64,000 nucleotides of DNA, from positions 7,688,001-7,752,000 of the forward strand of contig CM120643.1 of the NCBI GenBank assembly GCA_051362555.1, read 5' to 3'. The notes beneath the pieces were generated by a model. It was given only the letters and a program-made list of their open reading frames with translations. It searched no databases and was not told the origin of the DNA. Source of the DNA: Lingula anatina. Lineage: Eukaryota; Animalia; Brachiopoda. Numbering within the stretch: position 1 is the first letter of the stretch; each line of letters starts with the position of its first letter. The position numbers and the translations under genes are program-made. Shown here one piece after another: positions 1-12,380 of the stretch.

Positions 1-396
1 AGTCCGAAAATTAACCCTAACCCTAAATCACGTGATCACGTTGCATGCGCACGCGCGCACGGCCATAACGGCCTTACGTCATATCAGCGTTGGTCACTTC
101 CACTCCGTTCAATCCTAGCGATAAGACGTGTTTTCTGGAGGCTCCAAAACGGCTCATATTTGCGGAGAAACCTGTTTTTTCGGCATTCTGTGCTTATATC
201 CAACGTGCAAACTACCTTTGAAAGTATTGGAGAGGATTTTTATTCTTAGAAAGGAGACATACAACGCCAAACGGAGATTTGAACGGCGACCGCCATCTTG
301 TAAAACCTTCGAGGATTTATTGGATTATTACAAAGGACAACCGGAATACAAAGGATATACAGAACTAGCGGAATATTTTAAAAAGAAGGATTAAAC

Positions 397-1233
397 ATGC
401 CAGCAATACCTCCTGTTCACTTTGGAGCACCTACTTTTCAATTTGGAGATCCTGCACCTCCACCTTACGGTCAGGTAAGAGCACAACGTAAAGCAAATTG
501 GTGTTTTACTAGCAGACAAACCAATACGGTTGCCTTCCCTGTCACTGATCACTATGGAGCAGGACCGTTCCACTATAATTCCCTTGCCTACAAGATTATT
601 GTTGGACCGGTGGAGCAACCAGACCAGTTCGAGAATGTTGCACATCGCCACGGTATCATTAGAATGTTAAATGGAGCTGTTATTACTGCACGGCAGGCCC
701 TTTCTATTCTTCATCGCCATGGATTAGCAGATCCCATGGAGGATGAAATTTATCTTCAGCCCTTAAAGGGTACTTTTGGAGGATATGTGGAATACTGCTT
801 CAAATCGGAACAACAGGCACGCAATAGGAGGAGCGTCGCCCAAGGAGGAGGAGATGCCGAGGACATCGAAACACAGGAGGATGTTACATCAATCCCTGCA
901 GTAGGATCGGAGAAAGACGTCATGATCAAGTCTGCCATAGATTCTATCAGGCAATCAGGTGAGGTCGTAGATTATACTAGCTTACGTAGTGAAATCATTC
1001 GTTCTCACGGGGTCCATCAATGGACCAAAGTTATCAAAATTGCAGAAGAATACTTGGCCCATATGGCCTCCTCAGATAGCAGGCGAGTTATTGATGTTCC
1101 TTATGACGATGACGCCAATGTAGAGCAATACTTGAAAGCTTTTGCGGCATTTGAAAATGCTATTGCTGATAATTTAAACACCAATGGTTTAGATACCTGT
1201 CATTCAGCACCGATATTTCTTTTGATAAAATAA
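397..1233 (+). CDS. HUH rolling-circle replication initiator (Rep/NS1-like) endonuclease domain, C-terminally truncated; probable endogenous viral element or HUH transposase
   Basis: Uninterrupted, intronless 278-codon ORF with a real ATG. It has correctly ordered RCR-like motifs I (KANWCFTS), II (VAHRHGII) and III (YVEYCFK). No Walker A is present. The last ~9 codons run into unrelated EnSpm sequence at ~1206. Confidence 0.7.
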   Translation: MPAIPPVHFGAPTFQFGDPAPPPYGQVRAQRKANWCFTSRQTNTVAFPVTDHYGAGPFHYNSLAYKIIVGPVEQPDQFENVAHRHGIIRMLNGAVITARQALSILHRHGLADPMEDEIYLQPLKGTFGGYVEYCFKSEQQARNRRSVAQGGGDAEDIETQEDVTSIPAVGSEKDVMIKSAIDSIRQSGEVVDYTSLRSEIIRSHGVHQWTKVIKIAEEYLAHMASSDSRRVIDVPYDDDANVEQYLKAFAAFENAIADNLNTNGLDTCHSAPIFLLIK

Positions 1234-1565
1234 AAAGATGAAGACCATCACATGGGACCTACCCCTTTATCTCAGCTAAACATTGAAATGGTGTCATGCT
1301 TTCCTCTTGATTATATGCACCTTGTTTGTCTGGGGGTAGTGAAAAGGCTGTTAAATCTGTGGATGAAGGGCCCATTATCCTGTAGAATTGTTAATAGGGT
1401 ATTGCAAGAAATATCAAGACGTTTAGTGGCCTTAAAAGACAGTATACCATCAGAGTTTGCAAGAAAACCTTGATCACTCTTTGAAATTGCATACTGGAAA
1501 GCAACTGAGTTTCGGCAGTTCCTTCTGTACACAGGTCCAATATCACTGTTTGAAATTGTGCCTGC
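1207..1565 (+). pseudogene. EnSpm/CACTA (CMC) transposase fragment
   Basis: Translates as TDISF..DEDHHMGPTPLSQLNIEMVSCFPLDYMHLVCLGVVKRLLNLW...IPSEFARKP*SLFEIAYWKATEFRQFLLYTGP. The DYMH/LGV and WKATEFRQFLLY blocks are typical of animal EnSpm transposases. In-frame stop at 1471-1473. Confidence 0.85.
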
Positions 1566-2429
1566 AACTGTGTATTAAAACTTTATATTATGAAGCTGGG
1601 ATACATTTAAAAAAGCAGCTGGCATTTGCCAAGATGCATGCTACAATACAATCAAGAGTCACTGGTAAGATGGGCCAGTTGAAGCATATCACAGAGCTTG
1701 TTACCAAGATTACACCAACACAGAACACCCTTACAAGGCTGAAAAAGAAAAGGTCAAGAACTGATGCTGACAATTTTACATATTGCATGTTGGTTTCTTC
1801 CTTGCTTTCCATTTTTAAAGCTCTATCCTTTCTTTTATTTGTTAGCTTTTGCCTTGAAAATGCCTCCACCAAAGCATTTGCATTCATCTGTGCTTTTTTG
1901 GGACTTATGTTACTCAGCATGAGCTATATTATTTGGCTCCATTGGAAGAAGGTACTGGAACAAAATTTTGTGTTGCACTTGCATATTTGGGCACTTTGAT
2001 AATAAACTCCAACTGTGATCCATCTAAAATTTTGTTAAAAATGATGAACCACAAGAAAACATTCCAAAAGAACACTGAAGAGGATTCAGCAGCTTTTAAA
2101 AGTCAACAAGATTTTAAGTAAAGAAAAACAACCTGCAAATGGGGGAAAAAATGGTTATTCTGGGAGTAATGACAAAATTGACAAAACAATACTTTACTTA
2201 CTGTTTTACTTGAAGTCCAAACCAGATTATTATCAATGGCAAAGGAAATTGAAAAAAAAATCAATCTGTTCTCAATATAGCATCTTTTTACCCTGTCAAA
2301 TTCAATTTTGAGTTTACAGACCCTTTTGCCTGGAATGTAATTAGTTTTCTATGTATTACTTATAATGAATTTTAGGAGTTAAAGAAGGAAATCACAGGTA
2401 ACTTCGATTGGTACTGTGAGAAAGGAATG

Positions 2430-3081
2430 GTGAGAAGTATGATTTTACCTGTAATTTTTTTGATGATATTTAAGAAACTCAAACAGAATTCTCAGAGTTT
2501 ACCAGAGAGTTATCCCAAAATATAAAACCTGGTCTTTTTGGTTAAATTTTGTTCACAGAGATTGCTTTTTATACATTTCTTTATATTTTTCTGTGAGAAC
2601 AGGTGATTGGAACCTAAGAAAATTTTGTTTGAAAAACCAAAGAGGCAAAAATGAAGGCGTGGCAGGAAATTACTATAAGGTTAGTGCCCAATTTTTTAAA
2701 TCAAAAGCACTAGAATAGATGACTTGACTATTGATATATTATAATTCCATCTTCCACTTAATTACTTCTTTTATAAACATAAGGAACTACATCATTATGC
2801 AAAGTATATTGAATAGAATTGGAAACATTAAATTTTTTAGTTATATTTACAGAAAAAAATGGTAATATCTTATTGATTTTCAGAGTCAACAGTATATGTC
2901 TTGGGAGATGTGAAAGTATAAAAGGATGAAGTGCTCAGATTTTTCCAGCTGCACCAAAAAGGAGGCAGAAAGGGAGATTAAAAAAGATTAATGATGGTAG
3001 GGTCTCTCATATAATGTTGACTCCCATCCAAGAAAAGGTTAGAATTTTATTTAAAAAAAGTTAAATGTATATATAGTCATC

Positions 3082-3114
<33 letters not shown>

Positions 3115-3183
3115 ATTACTATCAGTACTTTTGTTTCTGGTTGTGTCAATTATTGGTGAGACTGCCATTGCTGGCTTTCAAGG
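2430..3183 (+). repeat. Copy 1 of a ~0.75-kb direct duplication carrying spliced exon remnants (copy 2 at ~7430-8231)
   Basis: Collinear near-identical blocks, e.g. gaattctcagagtttaccagag, ataatgttgactcccatccaagaaaag|gt, (TA)n and gttgtgtcaattattggtgagactgccattgctggctttcaagg, occur at both places. Confidence 0.9.
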
Positions 3184-3732
3184 TTTCCCATTCCTGAGGA
3201 AGAGGCAGAGCATGAAATAGGAAAGGAGACACAGTCTAGTCTCTTTGTATGTTTAGATAATTATAAGTTTAACTTATGCTTACAGTAATGTACTGTTCTA
3301 TTTGTTTTCATTAAAAGTCTATAAGTAAGTAATGCAACATGATGTTATATTTTCCATCAAATTCATATCGAAATAATATAAAACTTGGTCACAAAGTGCT
3401 CACTTTATTCTCCAGTTTCCCATTCCGGAGGAAGAGGCAGAGCATGACAAAGAACAGGAAAGACGACAGTCTAGTCTCTTGGTAAGAATAGATATTTTTC
3501 ACTTTTTCCTTTTGCTTACAGTTACTGTACTACATGTTTTCATTGGTATCATCTCTTCAAAGTCTCTTAATTGCAACATGGAATGGTACTTTCCATTAAA
3601 TTGAATTTGAAATAATACTGAGCTGTTTTTGTTTAAAAAAAAGCATTCTCTTTAATTCTTCAGTTTCCCATTCCAGAGGAAGAGGCAGAGCATGAAAAAG
3701 ACATAGAACAGATAGCAGAGTCCAGTCTCTTG
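3184..3732 (+). pseudogene. Three tandemly duplicated acidic mini-exons (3184-3246, 3416-3481, 3664-3732) of an unidentified gene
   Basis: Each encodes FPIPEEEAEH...SSL(L/F) and ends at a GT donor. Copies 2 and 3 start after a polypyrimidine-CAG. Lengths are 63, 66 and 69 nt, all multiples of 3. Confidence 0.7.
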
Positions 3733-4105
3733 GTAAGAAAAAATGAATTAATGTTTCATTTTTGCTTGCAGTTATGTACTGTACTATTTGTTTTGGTTAA
3801 AATAATCTTTTAGAGTCTCTTGGTGTAGAATGCAACACGATGAAATATTTTCCATCAAGTAAAGTTTTCCATCACTTCATTACACATATACAATATTGGT
3901 AAAGCATCAGCAGCTGACATAATGCACTGATATATGACATCTATGTGTTTTTAGACAGGCATACAGGCATACATGAATACAAGTTGCCTTTTGTTATGGA
4001 GCTAGCCTTAGCTTGTTGCTAAACAGGCAGTCTTAACAAAATGATTCTTTATCACTTTTTATCATGATGTATAATGATGATTTTTTTTTCTTCTGATAAA
4101 AGTCA

Positions 4106-4507
4106 AGTGTGGACTAGAGAGGGATTCCAGGTTGGGACAAGGTAGACAAGCTGACAAACCACCTTCTCAATTTCACAGACTGAGACGTCTCTCACCCCTG
4201 ATGATGTTATGACGTGCATCATTTGTATGATGACCTGGATGATTATGATAAACAAAGGTCTCCTCGGCCATACCTAGAACAACAGTCTGCTCTTTCTGGC
4301 AGATTTAAAAAGGGAAAGACAAAATCTACTGTTTCTCGAGATGTGGAGAGAAAAATTACTTTTGGCCAACTACGGCAAAAGGAGACTGGGCACAGGCAAC
4401 TGAAGGGGTATTGGCACTGCCCGAACAGTGCTCTGACTTATGAAGAGTGGAAGAAAATTACTACAGAAAAAATGAAAGAAAAAAAGAAAAAAATTGAAAC
4501 CAAATAG
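4106..4507 (+). pseudogene. Degenerate C-terminal part of a DUF6729-type transposon-associated protein
   Basis: VD*RGIPGWDKVDKLTNHLL...(frameshifts)...LYDDLDDYDKQR...SGRFKKGK resembles the GIPGWDKVD / L..YDK / GRF pattern I recall from that family. AATAAA repeats follow the stop. Confidence 0.5.
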
Positions 4508-5819
4508 TGCTTGTAAAATAAATAAATAAATAAATAAAAATAGTTGAAAATTGTTTGTCTACTGCTGTCAAATTTAGGTTTAGGTTTTTTTTTCTTAAAG
4601 TTGTGTTGATTAGATGTCATGTAAATTGATACTTATATTGAATGGATTTTTGTAAGTTAGAAATAATAACAGTTATACTGCTGTCATGTTTAGGGTTTTT
4701 TTTTTTTAAGTTGTGTTAATAACCTTGCGCGCGTTATACGTCACAGGTCTTGCGTAACTACCCACGTGCTACGATTTTTCCCTTGGGGGGCAGCAAGCGG
4801 CCATTTTGTACACAAGCAAAGCATAGATGGGTGAAAACGATACGTTGTTTTTAACCAAAAACGATGTCCCCAGGGCGAAACTGCCAACACCAAAAGTAAA
4901 GGAGCATACCAACGTTGTTTTGAAACGATGTGGTTAGCCTGTCAGTGGCGAGTTGGGGAGAAAAGAGCAGCACTGATAACAAGGTACTGTATACACGTGA
5001 ACCGGCAAAGTTACTGATAATTTTATGTTGCAAAAGCATAATTAAATCAGTAAGTTATTTTCCAAAGGATATTATTTGAATCACAGATACATAAATCAAA
5101 CTAACAACAATAACAATTTTTGATGACATTGAAAATCAAAACCTGCGGTGCACAATAGGTTGAGGAGGACACTGCCACAGCAAGTAATGCATGAATTTTG
5201 TTACACAACACCATATGCTTGTGTCATTGTTAACTCTGTGGTATTATTACTCAATTTACTGCTCAAATTAATACCTGATACTATTTCTCAGGCTACCAAG
5301 TACAAATCAACTTATTTTGTGGCAATTGACCTCCATGTTCCATCTTGTGTGCAGGTTGTTTATTTTTGTTATCATTATTATTATTATTTTTTCAAACACA
5401 TTTTGATAAAGTGGCTATGCTTTAACAAGAGAAATTTATGCTGAAGTTTAAAAGATTAAATTATCAGTAGTATGCACAATTAAAGCTATTAATTTGATTA
5501 TGCATATTTGATTTTCAATTATCTTGATTATGATATGAGGTTTCTGCATTTTTCTCTTGCCCTCAAATCAATATCTAACAAGTAAATTGATAGTGCTTTA
5601 TTACAAATTTGCTTTATACTTTCAGATGTAAAAACTGTGTAGCAGTTGGTAAAGCTGTAGAGATTGATGTGAGCATAGATCAGGGGAAATGGTATTAGAG
5701 AAACTAGGAGGACAAGACATAGATAATGTACTAGTAGATCCATCATCACAGCAAGGATAGATGGTGTGATCTTGTCCCTGAAGCTATGCCACAAGTTTTC
5801 AAACTGGTTGAGTCCTTAC

Positions 5820-6010
5820 TAAGACAAGCTGCTGCGGTGTGAATCGTTGTACATTCAGGTTATACATGGCAGATTTATGACAAAAGAGACCTTCACAATA
5901 TACTTCAAAGAAGTTATTCTTGCATCTATGCCTCAAAAGTACACAGTTACAGTGACTAGAACATTGTCTGCAAATAGTGAGGCAGTGAAGGCTGCAAGGT
6001 GCCATTGTTT
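5820..6010 (+). pseudogene. N-terminal half of a SWIM zinc-finger region, transposon accessory gene remnant
   Basis: VILASMPQKYTVTVT...SEAVKAARCHC matches the ASM...Y.V.V...V..A.C.C lead-in to SWIM fingers. It is truncated after CxC. Confidence 0.4.
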
Positions 6011-7429
6011 TTCAGTATTAAGAATGACAGTATCTGTTTTTTATTTGTTTATTTTTATTTTTTATTTTTAATGGGAGGGAGACTCACTTTGTTCTTTCAA
6101 TCCCCATTCAGTTAAGGGTTGGTGGCAATATATAGTAAATCTGTCATGCCTGTATGTAGAATTTCTCTGGCTCAAATTTCTACATTTATTGGGTGCATTA
6201 TGAAGTTTCCTGACTGATTAATGAGGTTACTTGCAGAAATATCTTGCTTACACACATTTTGTGATATTTTTACTACTTTATACATATGATTATTCACATC
6301 TCATCAGTGGTGTGTGAAAAGTACTTGGTATTTGCATTTTAGAACTGTAGATCTGTGTACCAGCAGGGTTATATTTCATATATCTGCGAATGTTTCTAAA
6401 AATAAGCTTCATGTTTGATAATTAATTGGTTTGAAATAAATAAATAAATAACCCAAATAAAATCAATTCATTTTATATTTCACATAATTTGTTTTTATTA
6501 TTCTTCTAAGCATTTAATCATAACATCTCCCATCATTATACTGTTATTGTGTAATAACATTGAAAGTTTCCAAGTTTTTATTAACAGGTTGATGCTAACG
6601 TATTACAAATGAACATAACTTCATAAGCATTAAAGCATATTTCCTTACTCAAATGTATCAAACGTACCACTGGCATAATAGCGGTAAAGATACAGGTAAA
6701 GATGACAGCATTGATAACTGAGTTTACAGCGCTTTTAGTGCAGCTTGGCTAGTGTCAGATTGTTATCTGATAAAGTTTGCTACTAGTACCTGGGAAGAAA
6801 AGGTCTGGCACTTGGCAATCAAGTTGATAAAATCACAAAATGCCTGTAGAAAATAGAGCATACCTGTCCAACATCAATTTGTTCAGATTCTTGACTAAGG
6901 GGTGCGCTACTGGTGTCAAGGGCCAAGACTTGAACTTTGGGGTTTGGCATGTCACTGGACATTCCTCTCGATTTCTGCCCAAATCTAATAAAGCCTCAGT
7001 TGCTTAACTTTCGCCAAATTTCCAATATCTACAGGTTGTGTTGTTTAATGCTTGGGGTCTCTTCTTTGGTGGCGGTTAATTGGGGACACCTGTGCGGCCT
7101 GTCAACGCACCAAGATTCACTTTTGCCGTTGACACATTTTCAATCGCCGTAAATATCAAATTCATGAATAGAATGAGGAAAAATGACAGTTATGAAAAAA
7201 TGTTTGGAAGTACCTGTCACCTTCGCCACAGTAACCATATGGGCTGTGCTGCCCCCCCACCACAGGCGACACCTTGCGGAGCAAGCGTGCGTAATCCAGG
7301 GTGCAACTGAAAATAACCTTGTCGCGCGACCTTATTAAATGTCATGTAAATTGATACTGCTGTCATGTTTAGGGTTTCATGGAAGTGTGGAGATCTTGAT
7401 TTGTCTAATGAAGACATTATTGTTAAACT

Positions 7430-8231
7430 TGTTGGCATGATGGGAAAAATTGTGAGAAAGAAACTCAAAGGGAATTCTCAGAGTTTACCAGAGTTATTCG
7501 CAAAAAATAAAACCTGGTCTTTTTGGTTAAATTTTGTTCCCAGAGATTGCTTTTGATACATTTCTTCATATCTTTCTGTGAGAACAGGTGATTGGAATCT
7601 AAGAAATTTTTGTTTCAAAAACCAATGAGGCAAAAATGAAGGCGAGGCAGGAAATTACAAGAAGGTTTGTGCCTAATTTTTTTAAATCAAAAGCACTAGA
7701 ATAGGTGACTTGAATATTGATATATTTTAATCTTCTTATTCTATTCTCCACTTATAACTTCTTTTATAAACATGGGCCATTGCATCATTACGCATAGCAT
7801 ATTGAAAAGAATTGGAAACATTACATTTTTATTTAGTTATAACAGAAAAAAACAGTAATATATTATTGATTTTCAGAGTCAACAGTGTAGGTCTTAGGAG
7901 AAAAGATGTGAGAGACATAAGGAAGAAGTCACTGTGGTCAGATTTTTCCAGCTGCACTCCAAAGAAAGACACGAAAAGGACGGAGACTGAAAAGACTGAT
8001 GGTGGTGGGGTCTCCCAAATAATGTTGACTCCCATCCAAGAAAAGGTAAAATAATGTTAGCACTTTAAAAAAAATTTAATTTCATTTAAATGTATATAGG
8101 CAGAACATACCTTATCAGATGGCTTTGTGTTTGAATATATATATATATATATATATAAAATGATTATTATAGGTACTTTTGTTTCAGGTTGTGTCAATTA
8201 TTGGTGAGACTGCCATTGCTGGCTTTCAAGG
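7430..8231 (+). repeat. Copy 2 of the ~0.75-kb duplication
   Basis: Collinear with 2430-3183. Here the middle exon (7877-8045) is open (VNSVGLRRKDVRD...MLTPIQEK|gt). Confidence 0.9.
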
Positions 8232-8354
8232 AGAAATTGACACATTCCAACAAAAAATCAAAATGGAAAGTATACCAAAATTATAATTTATCTTCTATTT
8301 GTAGTATTTCATTGTATTCAACCATAATTATGAAAATATAATGGATAAAATATA

Positions 8355-8470
8355 ATGGATAAAATGCAGAATGGGAAATCTGTGGCTCATGCTGTGTGAG
8401 GTCATTTACTTGTAGACAGTGCCCTTAGTGTCACTGCAACATCTTTAGCCCTGAACATCCCTCTCCCAAA
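8355..8470 (+). pseudogene. Short DNA-transposase fragment, possibly Academ-type
   Basis: MDKMQNGKSVAHAV*GHLLVDSAL resembles the M..GKA.ARA.RGH.LVD.AL block of invertebrate transposases. The superfamily assignment is from memory and uncertain. Confidence 0.45.
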
Positions 8471-9839
8471 CCCTGAAGATTCTACTGTAGGCAGAACATT
8501 TTCTAGTGAGCATCCGTTCGCGTTCTGGACGACTTAGCTTAGAAGCTGTTGTCTCAAATGGCACACTGATTAATGTCAAAAGTGCTTTTACCACAGACTC
8601 CTGGTGACCATAACATTAGTTGCAAACGATTGGCCATGTTTCGTTTTGTGGGGTTTGATACCTTAACCTTCTTTCTGAGATAATGGGTTACTAAGATACT
8701 GGGATATATACATCATTCGCCTGAAAAATACCATGATCTTGTTATTGAGTCATAAGCTTGACCTCTGATGACCTTGTAGATATTTGAAAATGATTGACAA
8801 TGCCTAATTTAGTAGTTATTGCTTTCTTTAAATGTTTCTGTAATACTGAGTAACCGAATTAAGTAAAGACATAGTGCCTTTTATCGCTCCAAAAATGCCT
8901 TGACCTTGTAATTCGGTCATGAGCTTGACCCTAGGTGACCTTGGCAATGCCTTACTTAGTAGAAATTGATACATAAAACATATTTCTGTGACAATGTATT
9001 GCCAAGATATGGGCTTCTAGGTGACCCATTCCATTCCATGGTGGCCATTTTGGACTTCGGCCAAAAAAAAAAAAAAAGACTTTGCCATGGGGGGGGGGGG
9101 GGGGGGGTTTAATGGGGGAAATTTTTTGGGCTATATTGAGCCTTCAACAGACCAGAATCTGTTGTGAAACCTTTGTCACCAATTTTTTCCAACGTAAGTT
9201 TATTGACTGACCTAAACCTGTAGCAAACATTTTTATCACTAATATTTTAACATTTTTTTTTGTCAGCAAAATAAATGTTTTGTGTTTATTCCTGTTTTTC
9301 CCCCAGAAGTCCTGGATAAAATACAGGAACAACCAAAAAAGGCATCAAAGAAGACAAGTAAGAATTTGTTTTAAATATTACTTCAACAATCATCAGAGAA
9401 GCACACAAATTAGTGTACACATAGACAGATATGTGTTCTATAGGCAAAAGGTGTAAATGCTGATTTTTTCCTATTTCATAATGTTAATTACATTTTTCAG
9501 AGGACTCCAGAACAGACACGGTGCTAGATGTGGCAAATCAGAAACTTTCATGTTTAAAGAGACGGGTGGAGATTGTAGAGGATAAACTGAAATTGAAGAA
9601 AGAAGTTTTTGAATTCAGAAAGAGAAAATGGGAGACAAAGTTGCCCAAATCAATTTACAGTCAATTTAAACTAAATCCCAATAAATAGTTATTAACATGA
9701 ACATGGCTCCTAGTTGTTTCAGTCAATAACTTGAAAATGAAGGATTTCAAAATCAAATAAAATATCCTGTGACCATTTTACTCAGGCAATGAGACCATAA
9801 AACCAAATATTTGTGCTCAAGAAACAATGAAAATTACAG

Positions 9840-10315
9840 ACTTAATAACATCTGTCCAAAGCTGAGGCATTATGGAGTCATGAACATACAGATCAGAGAT
9901 ATGGGGTTATACTACTCTAACAGACAGGTCTCCATTGGGAAAAACTAAATCTCAGTTTTTGTAAACAACTTTATCGTCAAACCACGCAGTAAAATGACAG
10001 AACGAAACTATTCCTGCTCACACAAAGATTTAAGTACAATTTATAAAATTTTGGCTTAAAATGTTACGCTTAGATGATAACAACCTACTAAAACAAGCAT
10101 GCCTAGATGAATTACACTATCAACAAAAAACTTGTTGAATCTTAAAGATGTTAACCTCTCACGGAGTAGAGTTATCATGAGACTCCTATTTGGAACTCCA
10201 CTTTGACCTCAGAACAACTGATGAAAAGTTTTCTATCATTATGAAATTCCAAAAAGAAGAAACCCTAATTGCATTGGCTAAGTTTCTCTCCTTTGCTTTT
10301 ACTAGAAGGTATCTA
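9840..10315 (+). mobile_element. Highly decayed non-LTR retrotransposon (CR1/L2-like) ORF2 3' part
   Basis: Frameshifted peptides KLRHYGV, YRSEIWGY, EKLNLSFCKQL, KFWLKMLRLDDNNLLKQAC and LIALAKFLSFAFTRR occur in the order expected for the post-RT region. Confidence 0.6.
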
Positions 10316-10604
10316 GAAGACAGTGCTGCACCTATCGGCAATTGAGTAGTAACTTGAGTTAAACAATTGTCTTTAGTAAGTTAGAAGTCATAAACATTGT
10401 AATTGCTTAATAGTATACTCATTTAAAAAACATTAATATTGTCATTTTTATCCACCCAGGTGGATGCATACGTTGCAATGAATAAACTATGAAACTATTG
10501 AAAACATAAACGCCTTCTACAGATCCTATCAATGCTATATTACACCATACACAATTCATACTCTCAGACTGTACAACCTTTGAACCATGAAACCTCAAGC
10601 TAGT

Positions 10605-11010
10605 GAACCTTCTGACTATTGAACCTTTTGAACCACTGGATCTTGGCATCATCAAACAATCAGACCATTGAACCTTCTGACTATTGAACCTTTTGAACCA
10701 TTGGATCTTGGCATCATCAAACTATCAGACCAATGAACCTTCAGACTATTATAAAACCTTTTGAACCATTGGATCTTGGCATCATCAAACTATCAGACCA
10801 ATGAACCCTCTGACTATTGAACCTTTTGAACCATTGGATCTTGGCATCATCAAACTATCAGACCAATGAACCTTCTGACTAGTGAATCTTTTGAACCATT
10901 GGATCTTGGCATCATCAAACTATCAGACCAATGAACCTTCTGACTATTGAACCTTTTGAACCATTGGATCTTGGCAACATCAAACTATCAGACCAATGAA
11001 ACTTTTGACT
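10605..11010. repeat. Minisatellite, 65-bp unit, ~6 copies
   Basis: The unit gaaccttctgactattgaaccttttgaaccattggatcttggcatcatcaaactatcagaccaat starts at 10605, 10670, 10735, 10803, 10868, 10933 and 10998 (partial). Confidence 0.95.
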
Positions 11011-11499
11011 GCTGTCATGCACCTAACAAATCATTTAACGATGAACTTATAGTAATTTCATAAATTCACCAATGACAATATTTAGTAATCAAAACAAATA
11101 TCAGAATCAGAAACAAAGACAAAAATACACAAACATATCTACATTGCTACCTCAATTTGATATACTAGAGACATACTGTAGCATCATATCCAAACTGCTT
11201 AAGATAACGAAACAATATCATAAAATAGTCCAAACATGCTGAATGGATGCTACAGAAATTAAAATTAAAAAAAAAATACAGATTTAGGGTAAACAACAGA
11301 TGTGTCACAAAGTGCTGACAATGTCAATGACCCTGGACAGACACAGTGATCAGAATATAGACAGACTAGGTGTCTGTATATAATAAATATGTGATAAAAT
11401 TTGCAATTATACCTTAATTAACTTGCAATAACAGAGACCATCTACATGTATAACACATCATATCTGACCTAAAATATACATTCAAATTTATAAATTTTC

Positions 11500-11950
11500 A
11501 TTGATGCCTTGTTCTCTTCAGTGATGGCTTACTGCCTACCACAATCTCGCTGTATATGCTACCTCTACTAGTACTGTACCATAACAGTTTCCATGAATAT
11601 GGGGAAAATTATTATAACACATCACAACTGAGCTGAAATATCAATTCACTCTTAAACATTTCTAATGTGTCTATTCATCTTCAGTGATAGAGAATTGTCC
11701 AAAACAATCTCCTTGCTTTATATACCCTGCCTCTATAGTTTCCATGCATATGGGGGAAATTGATTCTTTGTGTTACCTGGAACCCACATTTGTTGTATAA
11801 TTGTACTGTTCCATATAACTGGCTCCACAGGATCTGCTGTGTTTGGAAGTCTTGTTCTGGGTGGTTCTGGCAGCACTCTCTCTCACTCAGTATAAAACTG
11901 ACCTCTTGGTCTGCCAGCAGCTCTTTACACAATTCCAGAAGTGTATTTGC
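11500..11950 (-). pseudogene. P-element/THAP9-like transposase C-terminal remnant
   Basis: NTLLELCKELLADQEVSFILSER..QNHPEQDF..Q resembles the LSERF.QDPLE..F..QR block. It is followed by HGNYRG, and a second FPHIHGNCYG...KRTRHQ* tail lies at ~11500-11610. Confidence 0.65.
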
Positions 11951-12380
11951 TAAAAATATAAATGAAATGAGTGTAACTGTTTGCAATATGTGTGAATCAT
12001 CTCTGTAATATCCTTAAAAATTCTTCATGCATTATCAGAAACAATTCAATGATAAGTAATTCAAATATAGGATGCTTTTGTTAAATGCACAAGATCATCT
12101 TTGTATCACCATGCTTGATATTTATATCTTGATACTACTCGTATGTTATGGTGATCAAATTAAAATATATTCATTTTATGTGTTTTGTGCATACAAGATG
12201 AATTGGATTCAAATTCTTAGCAAATGACAGTTGTGATTAAAAAAAGTACTTAACAACTATAAAACTTCAATTTACATTACAATTAAAGCAGTGAAACATT
12301 AATTTTATTCATAATAATAAGGCTTTCAACATTGAAATAATCATTTCATCCCCCTCCCCCCCCCAAAAAAAAATGTTATA

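Noticed and set aside
12-26. True telomere
   Set aside because: Only about 2.5 TTAGGG units, embedded in complex sequence.
1457-2121. 180-aa hydrophobic ORF and overlapping ORFs
   Set aside because: Non-ATG start, begins out of frame inside the EnSpm fragment, and has no recognisable motif on either strand.
9500-9660. Harbinger Myb/SANT accessory gene 3' exon
   Set aside because: Only a generic coiled-coil peptide (VANQKLSCLKRRVEIVEDKLKLKKE), which is not diagnostic.
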